Positions 37,063-50,041 of a stretch of 64,000 nt of DNA are shown one piece after another. Within the stretch, counting starts at the first letter, position 1. Every line of letters starts with the position of its first letter. The notes beneath the pieces are model-generated. The model saw nothing but the letters and a program-made list of their open reading frames with translations. It searched no databases and was not told the DNA's origin. Source of the DNA: Octopus sinensis (Eukaryota); the NCBI RefSeq assembly GCF_006345805.1, contig NC_043003.1, forward strand, positions 63,116,001-63,180,000, written 5' to 3'. A program made the position numbers and the translations under genes.

Positions 37063-37335
37063 CCATCGAAGATGATGTATGAGCTTTCAGCTTTTGTCAA
37101 ACAACCTGCACAAATGATTTGTTTAGGGTGATCAAATACTTGTGCCACACATTAGTTCCCTCCCTCCATCAAGTTGATATTGTCTGAACAAGTGCATGGT
37201 GTACCATGCATCAGGTGTCAAAGTGATCACAGAACAACATCTGATGAAGGGTTTTGGTAAAGACCACAACATACCACCCAGTCTAGGAATTGAACTCACA
37301 ATTGCTAGATAGTGAGTGCAACACCTTAACCACCT
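37063..37335 (-). mobile_element. SINE family C variant
   Basis: Reverse complement resembles 55172-55440 (ggttaaggtgttgcactcac...gagttcaattcctagactgg). Confidence 0.6.
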
Positions 37336-37344
37336 TAAACATAT

Positions 37345-38729
37345 ATATGTATCATCATCATCGTTTAGCGTCCGCTTTCCATGCTAGCATGGGTTGGACG
37401 GTTCCACTGGGGTCTGGGAAACCAGAAGGCAGCACCAGGCCCAGTCTGATCTGGCAATGGTTCTACGGCTGGATGCCCTTCCTAATGCCAACCACTCCGT
37501 GAGTGTAGTGGGTGCTTTTTATGTGATATAAATAAGGATAAGATCGTTATTTAAAATACTGATCATATCAAGGTGGCTAGCATGAGAATAAAAACCTCAT
37601 CATCATCATCATCATCATCATTTAACGTCCGCTTTCCATGCTAGCATGGGTTGGACGGTTCAACTGGGGTCTGGGGAGCCCGAAGGCTGCACCAGGCCAG
37701 TCAGATCTGGCAGTGTTTCTACAGCTGGATGCCCTTCCTAACGCCAACCACTCCGAGAGTGTAGTGGGTGATTTTATGTGCCACCGACACAGGTGCCAGA
37801 CGAGGCTGGCGAACGGCCACGCTCGGATGGTGTTTTTATGTGCCACCGACACAGGTGCCAGACAAGGCTAGCAGACGACCACGCTCGGATGGTGTTTTTT
37901 ATGTGCCACCGACACAGGAGCCAGATGAGGCTGGCGATCGGCCACGATCGGATGGTGATTGTTACGTGCCCACAGCATGGAGGCCAGTCGGTGCGGTACT
38001 GGCTACGGCCACGTTCAGATGGTTTTCTTGTGTGCCACCGGCACTGGTACCACAAGGATACAAATTCCATTGATGTTCATCTATTTTGATTTTGTTTGAT
38101 TTTTTGTTTTTTTGATTTTCACTTACCTCAACAGGTCTTCACAAGTGTCACAAGAAGGAAGGTATGCACAGGTGGACTGACTACGTCCCAGGTAGGGGCC
38201 ACGGGTTATGGCCTGACTAGTCTTGCCGGGTCTTCTCACGCACAGCATACTTCCATAGGTCTCGGTCTCTAGTCATTTCCTTGGTGAGACCTAAAGTTCA
38301 AAGGTCGTGCTTCACCACTTCGTCCCAGGTTTTCCTGGGTCTACCTCTTCCACAGGTTCCCTCAACTGCTAGAGTGTAGCACTTTTGCACACAACTATCT
38401 TCAGCCATTCTCGTCATATGACCATACAAGCGCAGCCGTCTCTCTTGCACACCACAACTGACGCTTCTTAGGTTCAACTTTTCTCTCAAGGTACTTACAC
38501 TCTGACGATTATGAACACTGACATTACACATCCATCGGAGCATACTGGCTTCATTTCTTGCGAGCTTACGCATATCCTCAGCAGTCACGGCCCATGTTTC
38601 ACTACCATGTAGCATGGCTGTACGTACACATGCATCATACAGTCTGCCTTTTACTCTGAGCGAGAGGCCTTTTGTCACCAGCAGGGGTAAGAGCTCTCTA
38701 AACTTTGCCCAGGCTATTCTTACTCTAGG
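37345..38729 (-). mobile_element. Two adjacent RTE 3' fragments (37345-37520 and 37600-38729)
   Basis: (CAT)n tails, conserved 3'UTR, ORF 38298-38678 (LYDACVRTAMLHGSETW...). The 5' truncation abuts the inverted repeat at 38730. Confidence 0.9.
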
Positions 38730-38979
38730 TAATAATTATTATTAAAATTATAATTAAGGGTATCTAAAAGATATTGTCATGCTAGATGTAGCAGTCAGAA
38801 ATTGACTCAAAAACCACATCAAATATTCATACAGCACTAGGAGAGAAGTTTATTTTGTTTCTTTGTCTTCTCTCCTAGTATGAATATTTGATGTAGTTTC
38901 AGAGTCAAGTTTTGACTGTTATATCTAGCATGAAGATATCTTTTAGACACCCTAATTATAATTTTAATAATAATCATTA
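38730..38979. repeat. Fold-back inverted repeat (~115-bp arms, 17-nt spacer)
   Basis: 38730-38848 versus 38866-38979 imperfect reverse complements; spacer ttattttgtttctttgt. Confidence 0.85.
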
Positions 38980-39011
38980 GCAGGGTCCCTTGACTTCTTT
39001 GAAGTTGGTTC

Positions 39012-39070
<59 letters not shown>

Positions 39071-39197
39071 CACATATATATACATATATATATACATATA
39101 TATATACACACATATATATATACATATATATATGTAGGTCCCGGTTGAGTCGGGGTTAACAACAGTAAATAAGGTACTCAATACATGGCAGAGTAAA

Positions 39198-39335
39198 TTA
39201 ATTTATTTTATAGAAGGAGCTTTTACAGGACTAGAACTGTTTCATTCAAATGAAATCATCAGGAAGCTTCCTGATGATTTCATTTGAATGAAACAGTTCT
39301 AGTCCTGTAGAAGCTCCTTCTATAAAATAAATTAA
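39198..39335. repeat. Spacer-less 138-bp palindrome containing hammerhead core motifs
   Basis: 69-bp arms centred on AAG|CTT (39266/39267), one mismatch; CTGATGA...GAAAC...GTC on both strands. Confidence 0.92.
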
Positions 39336-40407
39336 AATATACATATATATATGTATATATACCCACATATATATATATATATATACAGTCTAGTCAGGCG
39401 GATTGTACTATGACTGTTTGATGATCTGAATACCTGTATGTTTGTCTGCCTATCTGTATACTTGTCCATTTGTCTGTCTGTCCATCCATCCGTCATCTTA
39501 TCTGCCTGCCTGTCTTTTTTCATTTTTACTTTTTTTTTTTACTTGTTTTAGTCATTGGACTATGGTCATGCTGGGGCACTGCCTCGAAGGGTTTTAGTTA
39601 AGCAAATGGGGCAAATGCTTAGTCTTTCTTTAAAGTCTGGTACTTATGCTATTGGTTGCTTTTGCCAAATTGTTAAGTTACTGGGATGTAAACAAAGCAA
39701 TATCGGTTGTCAAGCAGTGGGGGAGTTAAACACAAACACACACACATGTATACACACTCACACATGTGCACATACATAGATACACACACAAAACATATGC
39801 ATGCACACACACACATACATGCACATATCCAACCAGCTTTCACATAGTTTCTAACCTACCAAATTCACTCACTTGGCATGGGTCAGCCAGAAGCTGTCGC
39901 AGATGACACTTGCCCAAGGTGCCATACAATTGGATTGAGCCTGAGACCACACTGTTGCAAAGTGAGCTTCTTAATTACCTAACCATGCCTGCACCAGTCT
40001 ATATGTTTGTTCATCCATCTATCACTGCATTATCTACCTGCCTATTTAATACCTTCCTCTGTATTCATCTACCTTTCAATATATCTACAGCTTTATCTGC
40101 TTGGAAGTAATGTTTGTTTATCACCATATCAATGTGGCTGTTTGACATTGCTATCATTTTTAACCCCAGGAAGAGCTTCTTACAGCTGGTTATCAATGCA
40201 GTCTGCACCTGGTATATATTGCGAGAGGGGAGCGAACTTCTACCATCTTCTAGCAGATGAAGGGATCATCAGGGCAAACAGTTTCGGGCTATTTGTACTC
40301 ATTGTCGGTGGTGAATACCTGGCCGCTAGAGATAGCAGGAATTCACCCCAGCTCACAATATATAGAAAACCAAGTGACAGTCATTGATATTGCAAGTGGT
40401 GGGGTGT

Positions 40408-40455
40408 TCACCACTGATGATGGGCCAAATAGCCTGAAACCATCCAGTCTGGTGA
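40408..40455 (+). ncRNA. Minimal type-I hammerhead ribozyme (predicted)
   Basis: UCACCA-CUGAUGA-u-GGGC-caaaua-GCCU-GAAAC-caucca-GUC/UGGUGA: perfect 6-bp stem I, 4-bp stem II, GUC triplet. Confidence 0.7.
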
Positions 40456-40654
40456 TCCTGTCATCTGGGTGCAGATTGCTGAGATAATCAGCTGGAGGAG
40501 GCTCTTTCCGATGTTGAAAATGGTAGTAGTGTCAAACAGCCATATTGATATGGCGATAAACATTACTTCTTAGTATAGTTCCTATTTCATCTCTTATAGA
40601 GATTTTCTCACTAACTTCTTTGCTTTATCTATTTGATTATTTATATATCTAACG

Positions 40655-41010
40655 AAATCAAAATCGAATTGAACCAGCCAGGACCCCTGGTCTGGTGGTA
40701 CGTAAAAAGCACTATCCGACTCGTGGCCGATGCCAGCGCCACCTCGACTGGCTTCCGTGCCGGTGGCACGTAAAATACCCAATCCGACCGTGGCCGTTGC
40801 CAGCCTCGCCTGGCATCTGTGCAGTGGCACGTAAAAAGCACCCACTACACTCACGGAGTGGTTGGCGTTAGGAAGGGCATCCAGCTGTAGAAACATTGCC
40901 AGATAAGACTGGAGCCTGGTGCAGCCTTCTGGCTTCCCAGATCCCCGGTCGAACCGTCCAACCCATGCTAGCATGGAGAACCGACGTTAAACGATGATGA
41001 TGATGATGAT
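40655..41010 (+). mobile_element. RTE 3'UTR fragment (variant with aaatcgaattgaaccagccagg module)
   Basis: Near-identical to 54760-55092; (GAT)n tail. Confidence 0.85.
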
Positions 41011-41776
41011 GACACACACACACATATACATATATATACTTATATATATATATATATACATACATATATATATATACACACACATATATATATATACACA
41101 CACAAATATATACATATACAATGTATGTATGTATGTATGTATGTATGTATGTATGTATGTATGTATGTATGTATGTATATTGAGACAAGTAAAATCAATC
41201 AAAAGTCAAAATCACAATCAGAATCTCAATCAAATCGAAATCAAAAATGGCTCCTGTGCTGGTGGCATGCAATAAGCACCATTCATGTGTGTGTCATTGC
41301 CAGTGCTGCCTGACTGGCTCCCTGTGCCAGTGGCATGTAAAAAGCACCATCTGAATGTGACCGATGCCAGTTCCACCTGACTGGCTCCCATGCTGGTGAC
41401 ACGTAAAAAGCACCCACTACACTCTTGGAGTGGTTGTCATTAGGAAGGACATCCAACTGTAGAAACATTGCCAGATCAGATTGGAGCCTGGTGCGGCCTC
41501 CTGGCTTACCAGTCCCCAGTCAAACTGTCCAACCCATGCCAGCATAGAAAATAGACGTTAAACAATGATGATGATGATGATTGATTTATATATTTATCAT
41601 CATCATCATCATCGTTTAGCATCCGCTTTCCATGGCCCAGTCTGATCTGGCAATGTTTCTACAGCTGGATGCCCTTCCTAATGCCAACCACTCCATGAGT
41701 GTAGCGGGTGCTTTTTATGTGCCAGACGAGGCTGGCAAACGGCCACGATCGGATGGTGCTTTTTACGTGCCAACAT

Positions 41777-41833
<57 letters not shown>

Positions 41834-42068
41834 CACACATCATCATCATCGTTTAACGTCCGTTTTCTGCACTAGCATGGGTTGGACGGTTTGACTGGGG
41901 TCTGGGAAGCCAGGAGGCTGCACCAGGCTCCAGTCTGATCTGGCAGTGTTTCTACAGCTGGATGCCCTTCCTAACGCTAACCACTCCATGAGTGTAGTGG
42001 GTGCTTTTTACGTGCCACCGGCACAGAAGCCAGTCAAGGTGGCGCTGGCATCGGCCTATATATATATA

Positions 42069-42233
42069 GGACTGGCTGTGTGGTAAGTAGTTTGTTTATC
42101 AACCACATGGTTACGGGTTCAGTCCCACCGCGTGGCACCTTGGGCAAGTGTCTTCTACTATAGCTTCGGGTCGACCAAAGCCTTGTGAGTGGATTTGGTA
42201 GGTGGAAACCAAAAGAAGCCCGTTGTATATATG

Positions 42234-42269
<36 letters not shown>

Positions 42270-42490
42270 CATGTGTATGTTTGTGTTTCTGTGTTTGTCC
42301 CCCAACATCGCTTGACAACTGATGCTGGTGTGTTTACGTCCCTGTAACTTAGCGGTTCAGCAAAAGAGACCGATAGAATAAGCACTAGGCTTCAAAAGAA
42401 TAAGTCATGGGGTCGATTTGCTCGACTAAAGGCAGTGCTCCAGCATGGCCACAGTCAAATGACTGAAACAAGTAAAAAGAGTAAAAGAGT
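42069..42490 (+). mobile_element. SINE family A, full length
   Basis: Matches 6598-6973. Confidence 0.85.
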
Positions 42491-42811
42491 ATATATATAT
42501 GTATGTATGTTTCATATACACAATTTTTAGCAGTTGAGTGAGATCCTTAATAATAAACAATAATGGATCAGATACAGATTATTCACTTGCTTAACAGAAA
42601 TATATCAATCTCTTTGATGTGGCTTCTTTGAGTAAATGGGAAATAATATGCCATTTACAGGAAGCAATGTCACTGGCATCGCTGATTAATTGCAGAAATG
42701 AGTTTCCACTTGATGAAGCTGCAGAAGGATGTACATATACAGAGCAATGAAAAGAGAGTATGTAATTTAAGGAAATCACTATGTGACACTAATATATTTG
42801 TTTCAGAAGTC

Positions 42812-43420
42812 GGTGAGCAGGCAGAAGCGTTAGCATGCCGGGCGAAATGCTTAGTGGTATATCGTCTGTCTTTACGTTCTGAGTTCAAATTCTGCCAGAT
42901 TGACTTTGCCTTTCATCCTTCCAGAGTCGATAAATTAAGTACAACTTGTGCACTGGGGGTTGATCTCCAAAAATTTCAGGCCTTTTGCCTCAAGTAGAAA
43001 AGAATATGTTCGTGGAGATAAAGCAGTGAGCTGGAAGAAACGTTAGCACGCCGGGCAAAATGCTTAGCGGTATTTCGTCTGCCGCTATGTTCTGAGTTCA
43101 AATTCCGCCGAGGTCAACTTTGCCTTTCATCATTTCGGGGGTCGATTAAATAAGTACCAGTTACGCACTGGGGTCGATATAATCGACTTAATCCATTTGT
43201 CTGTCCTTGTTTGTCCTCTCTGTGTTTAGTCCTTTGTGGGTAGTAAAGAAATAGGTATTTCGTTTGTCTTTATGTTCTTGAGTTCAAATTCCTCTGAGGT
43301 CGACTTTGCCTTTCACCCTTTCAGAGTCAATAAATTAAGTACCAGTTGCATACTGGGGTTGATCTAATCAACTGGCCTCCTCTCTAAAAATTTCAGGCCT
43401 TGTACCTAGAGTAGAAAATA
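42812..43420 (+). mobile_element. SINE family B, three head-to-tail copies/fragments
   Basis: gagttcaaatt....gaggtcgactttgcctttca core recurs at about 42880, 43095 and 43280. Confidence 0.8.
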
Positions 43421-44302
43421 ATATATTTGTTTCAGTGCTTGTATATTTTTTCTAAACGTACTGTATATTTGAAACAAAAACTAAATCCATAAACATTGAA
43501 ACATTCGTCAGGAATCCATTTATGTAAACTCTGTTTAATCTATTCTTCTTTGTATTGAGTTCCATTTCTGAATATCATTAGTCTTGCAGTGTGCAAGTAT
43601 GAACCATTTGTTATAATCGGTATTATAGGTGCAAGGATGACTGTATGGTTAAGAAGCTCATTTTGCAACCATATGGCTTCAGGTTCAGTCCCACTGTGTG
43701 GCACCTTGGGCATCTTCAACTATGTATATATATGCATGTGTGAGTGTTCTACCATCAGCATCATCATCATTTAATGTCTGCTTTCCATGCTGGCATGGGT
43801 TAGACGGTTTGGCAAGAACTGGTTAGCCAGAGGCTGCACCAGGTTCCAGTCTGATTTGGTACGGCTTCTACAGCTGAATATATATATACTATAATGGTAC
43901 TCTTGTGTATTTCTCCATCATGACATATGAATGAGAAAGGAAGGGGTGACAGATGAATAAGGAAGGAAGGGGTAATGGCAAACTTGGTAGTGGGATGATG
44001 GAAATTCTACAGTGAAAAAAGAAATCAAACAGTGTTTCAACTCTGCATGAGTATATGTGTGTGTATATAAAAGCGAGTCATGTGAATGTTTGTGTGCATG
44101 CAATGGAAGTGGGATGGTGAACACTGAATGTTGAAAAGAAAAATCAAACAGCATTTCAACTCTCTGTGAATATATGTGTGTATGTGTGTGCATGAACAAG
44201 GGAAGTATGTAAATGTTTGTATCTGTGATTATTATGTACCTTATTTATATATAAAATACAACAATTAGCCATCATTTTTTATGGCATGGGGCGAGCTAGT
44301 AT

Positions 44303-44332
<30 letters not shown>

Positions 44333-44333
<1 letters not shown>

Positions 44334-45070
44334 CTGAACTATAAACAATGTTGCACTGTAAAAGATTATTCGTTTCACACACGATATTGAGATTATATGG
44401 ATTTTATCACATTTCTAGGTAATCTGGCATCAGGAAGATGTCGCTGACCTACAACACCACTCTTTTGAAAACACTAGAATTGCATGTAGGGTTTGGACTT
44501 GGTCACTTTTTATGAACATGGTAATGCTCATATGGTCATACTTTGCCTGTCATCAGAATAACATTCCAACATGACAATGGCCATGCCCACACTGCCAGGT
44601 TGACAACAGACTTCCCCCAACAGTACAACATCCAGACATTGCCATAGCCTGCCCTAAGTCCATATTTGCACCCCATAGAGCACCTGTTGGATGAAATCCA
44701 AAGAAGGCTAAATGACATCCATCCAAGGTCAACAACTGTGGCATAAATCACTGCACATTTGTACGGAGTGTGGGCTGCTACCCACCATGGCCTTCATCAT
44801 TTGGTGCATTCAATGTACAGAAGATGCCTGGCAGTAATCAACAATAATGGTGGTCACATGAGATATTGGGTTCATCTCTTTGGATCCAGGACACTCCGTC
44901 ATCACATGGCACTATGTGACATCAAACATGATTCAGGAAATGATGTGTTTATCATTAGGAAAGAATGGTTTTTTTAATTAAAACTTTTCAATCAATTTAT
45001 AGACTATGACAGTCAATTAATAAAATGGTTTCTATTTAGTATGAGTGTTACGTTTCTTTTGTGGTTCAGT
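44333..45070 (+). mobile_element. Internally deleted Tc1-like element
   Basis: 44558-44869: ITFQHDNGHAHTARLT...LP*PALSPYLHPIEHLLDEIQRR...HSMYRRCLAVINNNGGHMRYW; imperfect actgaac TIRs flanked by TA. Confidence 0.8.
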
Positions 45071-45107
45071 TTAAATATATGTGTATGTGTGTGTGTGTAT
45101 ATGCATG

Positions 45108-45161
<54 letters not shown>

Positions 45162-45572
45162 TACATTCAAAAATGATGATCTTGCAGATGCTCGCATATA
45201 CATATACGTGATTATTAACAAGTGAAACTAATTAGTACATAGGTAATCGTTTTTTATTTCGTATATTTTCATTTGTCTTGCTTATTTTTTACACTTTGGT
45301 TTTTTGCTGAGTTTTTTCTTGAGAACACATTCTTTGTGGAAAATAGCGATTTTGACGTCTATATCTAGCATATTGACTGTCCACTTTTAGTGGTCAGTCC
45401 TTTAAATTTTGTATGTATAAAATATTTTAATGTTCGGATTTTTTTAATATGCTAGGCCACTGGTTTTAATTGATTAATATCAATTTCTACCCTTATTCTA
45501 TTTTAGATATATATATATATATATATATATATTACATGTATACACAGACACACATATATGTATGCATGTATA

Positions 45573-45791
45573 CGAGGGGATATGGAAAAGTTCTTGGCTT
45601 TAAGGGTATCATTTAAGGCTGGTTGGAAGCCCAAACTTCTGTGTTCTTTCACAGAGCTTAGAAAAACTGAAGAACCACTGCAATAAGTATGTGAATCTGA
45701 GGGTGGAATATGTTGAATAAAATCATAATTAACTGATCCTCCTGTATTTTCTTTTACCCAAAGCTAGGAACTCTTCGGCACCTCACCCTCG
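45573..45791 (+). mobile_element. mariner-derived MITE, copy 1
   Basis: TIR-like cgaggg...gaaaagttcttggct / agctaggaactcttc...ccctcg; internal mariner C-terminus remnant. Confidence 0.75.
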
Positions 45792-46408
45792 AATATGTAT
45801 GTGGGTGTGTTTGTCTGTGCCACAGCTTGATAACAAGTGTTATTTTGTTTAAGTCTTTCTTCATAAATTAGAAGTCTGGCAAAAGAGACAAGCAGAATAA
45901 GCAGCAGCAGCAGCAGATAAAATAAATAAATAAATAAATAAATTGCTAAAATTGTTGATTTGTTTGACTAAATCTTTAGAGGAAGCACCCCAGCATATCA
46001 GCAATTCAATGACTGAAACAAATCTAAGATAAAAAAAAAAAAGATAATGATAAGTATGTAAGTAAGACAGAGAGGTAGAGGGAGGGAGAGAGAGAGAGAG
46101 AGAGAAAGAGGAAGTTTCCTTGATGGATGCTTTGATTAGTGACATCATATTAAAAACTAGTCAGATCTAGAGGCAGAAGAAAATTTGCAGAACAAAGGTA
46201 TAAATATTAAAAGATTCCCATGCCAGTATTATGTTATAGGCTTAGTATTTCTAATGTTTGTAGTACAAATATATTATGTTCTGTTCTTAAAACCATTGTT
46301 ATTCTCCAATGGACCACAAGAGAACCACAATAGTTCATCGTTATGGTGCTTAATAAACTTCCCTTTCATTTTATTCAACCAAAAGTTGCATATAGTTACA
46401 CACATATC

Positions 46409-46624
46409 TGAGGGGGTGCTGAAAAGTTCCTGGCCATAATGGTATCATAAAAGGTCTGTTCAAAGGCCCAACCTTCTGTGTTATTTCATAGGGCTTAGAA
46501 AAACTGAAGGACAGCTGCAATAAGCGTGTGAATCTGAGAGGGGAATATGTTGGATAAAATCATAATTAACTGATCCTCTTGTATTTTCTTTTCTCAAAGC
46601 CAGGAGCTGTTCAGCACACCTTTA
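46409..46624 (+). mobile_element. mariner-derived MITE, copy 2
   Basis: tgagggggtgctgaaaagttcctggc ... gccaggagctgttcagcacacc. Confidence 0.75.
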
Positions 46625-46712
46625 TGCCCTCATGCATGTATGTAAACACACATACATACACACACACACACACACGTGCATGCACACACACGCACAAATA
46701 TACACATTTATA

Positions 46713-46931
46713 TGAGTGAGTGCTGTAAAGTCCCTCGCTTTAAGGGTATCACGAAAGGTCTGGTTGGAGGCCCAACCTTCTGCTTTCTTTTACAGGGCTT
46801 AGAAAGATTGAAGGACCACTGTAATAAGTGTGTGAATCTGAGAGGGAAATATGTTGAATAAAATCATAATTAATTGATTCTTCTGTATTTTCTGTTACCC
46901 AAAGACAGGAACTTTTCATCCATCCACCCTC
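46713..46931 (+). mobile_element. mariner-derived MITE, copy 3
   Basis: Internal frame FLLQGLERLKDHCNKCVNLRGKYVE* resembles the mariner transposase C-terminus (GI..L..RW.KC....G.YVE). Confidence 0.75.
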
Positions 46932-47784
46932 ATATACACACATACACACACATGCATATGTACATTCATACATATGCATACACATACACTTACATACAGT
47001 TACAAACATATGTATGGAGGTACATACATTCTCTTTTACTCTTCTACTCTTTTACTTGCTTCAGTCAGTTGACTGTAGCCATGCTGGAGCACCAACTTTA
47101 GTCGAACAAATCAACCCCAGGACTTATTCTTTGTAAGCTTAGTACTTATTCTATTGGTCTCTTTTGCTGAACAGCTAAGTTACAAGGACGTAAACACACC
47201 AATATCAGTTGTCACATGATGGTGGGGGAAAAACACAGACATACAAGCATACATACATACACACACATATATACACACACGATGGGCTTCTTTCAGTTTC
47301 CATCTACCAAATCCACTCACAAGGCTTTGGTTCACCTGAGGTTATAGTAAAAACACTTACACAAAGTGCCATGCAGTGGGACTGAACCCGGAACCATGTC
47401 GTTGGAAAGCAAGTTAATTACCACAATGTGCCTATTCATTGATACATGAATACATACACACATAGATACATACATACATATATACATACTCCAGAAGTTT
47501 ATCATTTAAATATGTATGAGCATATCTATACATGCAACTATATGCATGAGAATACATACATAAAGCAAAACATACAAATCTGCACATATACATACATACA
47601 CACGTACATAAATACATACATACATGCATACATACAAACAAAAATACCCTGCTGTTGTTGTTGACATTCCAATGAAGGAGCCTTGAATCTAGGTTAGAAA
47701 CCGGCTCTTTCTCTATTGGCAAGAAATCTTGAAATGAATAATAACATGCATGCATACATACATACAACAATTTTATGACAGTGG

Positions 47785-47995
47785 TGAGCTGGCAGAAACG
47801 TTAGCACACCAGACAAAATGCTTAGCAGTATTTCGTCTATCTTTACATTCTGAGTTCAAATTCCACCCAGGTTGACTTTGCCTTTCATCTTTTTTTGGGA
47901 TCAATAAAATATGTACCAGTTGTGTACTAGGGACGATCTAATTGACTGGGCCCCTTCCCCAAAATTTCGGGCCTTGTGCATAGAATAGAAAAGAA
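47785..47995 (+). mobile_element. SINE family B
   Basis: ggtgagctggcagaaacgttagcac...gagttcaaattcc...gactttgcctttcatc. Confidence 0.75.
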
Positions 47996-48059
47996 GTTTA
48001 TGACATCCTACTTTGAAGGCTACAATCCAAGAACAAGAGATTCCACCCGCTCCATGTAC

Positions 48060-48105
48060 CTGCTATATAAAAGGCAGCAAACATTAACAGACAACAAATG
48101 TAAAG
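48060..48105 (-). CDS. Candidate 46-nt coding exon, product unknown
   Basis: Acceptor atttaatttttcacag, donor CAG|gtacat; one open reading is hydrophobic (LYICCLLMFAAFYIA). Confidence 0.18.
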
Positions 48106-49507
48106 CTGTGAAAAATTAAATGGTCATGATATCTAGGACCACAAAAACCTGCAAGTCCTTTTTTAGATTTAAAGGATGATGAACAAAACAAGATGCTCTC
48201 CTTAACAACCTTGCTACTGAGAAAAGTTAACTCTAAATTAAAAAGAGAAAAAGAACACACACATACACACGTGTGTGCATACATGTATACATACATAGTC
48301 ACACACTCACACACAAATATATATATATATACACACACACATATATATAATCATATACGCATACAATCATGAACACATACACATACATACATGAACACAT
48401 ACAAACATTTATGCACACATGCCTACATACATGACACACACATGTCACATGCATGCATGCACACCTACGTGCCTCCCCACTTACTTACCTATCTACTTAC
48501 CTACCTGCCTGCATACATACATACATACACTTTTGGCTTGGGAAGTTTGTTAACCAAGATGTGTACATACATATCTACACAGACATATGTAAGCGCACAT
48601 ATACACACACACACAAGCAAAGATGAACACAGACACACAGAAACTAACACATATGCACACTCACACACACACATTTACAGAGACAGACACACACCCATAC
48701 ATACACACATACTACCCCCCCCCATCTCTCTCTCACTAATATCATCTTCCATCTTGTGAAATTTAAAACATGCCCTCTAGAAACATTCATATCATCATAT
48801 AAGACTTCTATATTTTATCCTTTTCAGTTTTTTATCCGTGATATAACTTTATATGTTTTGAATTAATAATTACTGAAATACCTTTTAAACATAAAACTAG
48901 CTTCAGTGCAGGTTTTTACAATTTATCCTTAATATTTTTTGAGATACATGTTCATTTTTTCCAGGGAGTATGCAATCTAGTTTTATCATCTTTTTACTTT
49001 TATTTCTGGGGGAAAAAGATGGAAACTGAAAGAAAAATTGTGATACAATTGAATCTGTTGATACTGATCTTATACAGATGAAGCAGTTCAAGACTGAGAC
49101 AAACGGAGATGTGTGTATTGCAGATCTGTCTATATAATACCAATGTAAGAGAAATTTATTAACATATAGGTGAAGGTTTGGCTATGTGGTAAGAAATCTG
49201 TTTCTCAACTAGATGGTTCGGGTTCGGTCCCACTGCATGACAATGTGGTCAACTTGGGCAAGTGTTTTCCACTATAGTCTCAGGTTTACCAATGCTTTGT
49301 GAGTGGATTCAATAGATGGAAACTGAAAGAAGCCTGCCGTATATTCTTTTACTTGTTTCAGTCATTTGATTGTGGCCATGCTGGGGCATTGCTTTTAGTT
49401 GAGCAAATCGATCCTAGGACTTATTCTTTGTGAGCCTAGTGCTTATTCTATCAGCTTCTTTTGCCAATCTGCTAAGTTACAGGGACATAGACACACCAGC
49501 ATTGGGG

Positions 49508-49574
<67 letters not shown>

Positions 49575-49956
49575 GTATATGTATACATATACGATGAGCT
49601 TCTTACAGTTTCCGTCAACCAAATCCACAAAGAAGGCTTTGGTTGGCCTGAGGCTATAGTAGAAAACATTTGCCCAAGATGCCACACAGTGGAACGAACC
49701 CAGAACCATGTGGCTGGTATACTACACAGCCACTCCTGCGCCTACATATATATAGCGGGCTTCTTTCAGTTTCTATCTACCAAATCCATTCACAAGCCTT
49801 TGGTTGGCCTAAGGCCATAATAGAAGACACTTGCCCAAGGTGCCCCACAGTAGGACTGAACTGGGAACCTTGTGGTTGGGAAGCAAGCTTCTATCCACAC
49901 AGCCACACCTGCACCTAAAACAAAAATACTTGGAAAGCTTGATGCCAACCTCCACA

Positions 49957-50030
49957 TGCCGAAATCTGGGATTGAACCATGACATCTAGATGTTCAGTCT
50001 AACGCTCTCTCCCAACTGAGCTATTTCAAC
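49957..50030 (-). pseudogene. tRNA-Phe(GAA) pseudogene
   Basis: GTTGAAATAGCTCAGTTGGGAGAGAGCGTTAGACTGAACATCTAGATGTCATGGTTCAATCCCAGATTTCGGCA, close to eukaryotic tRNA-Phe. GAA anticodon kept; 2-nt D-arm insertion; T-stem mostly broken. Confidence 0.8.
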
Positions 50031-50041
50031 TGGCTTATATA

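Noticed and set aside
42595-42790. 50-codon open frame KYINLFDVASLSKWEIICHLQEAM... after a cag acceptor
   Set aside because: Ends in a stop without a good donor; alternative exon parses are equally plausible; no homology recognised.
48060-48080. TATA box ctatataaaagg
   Set aside because: Not significant in AT-rich DNA; no supporting initiator or downstream ORF.
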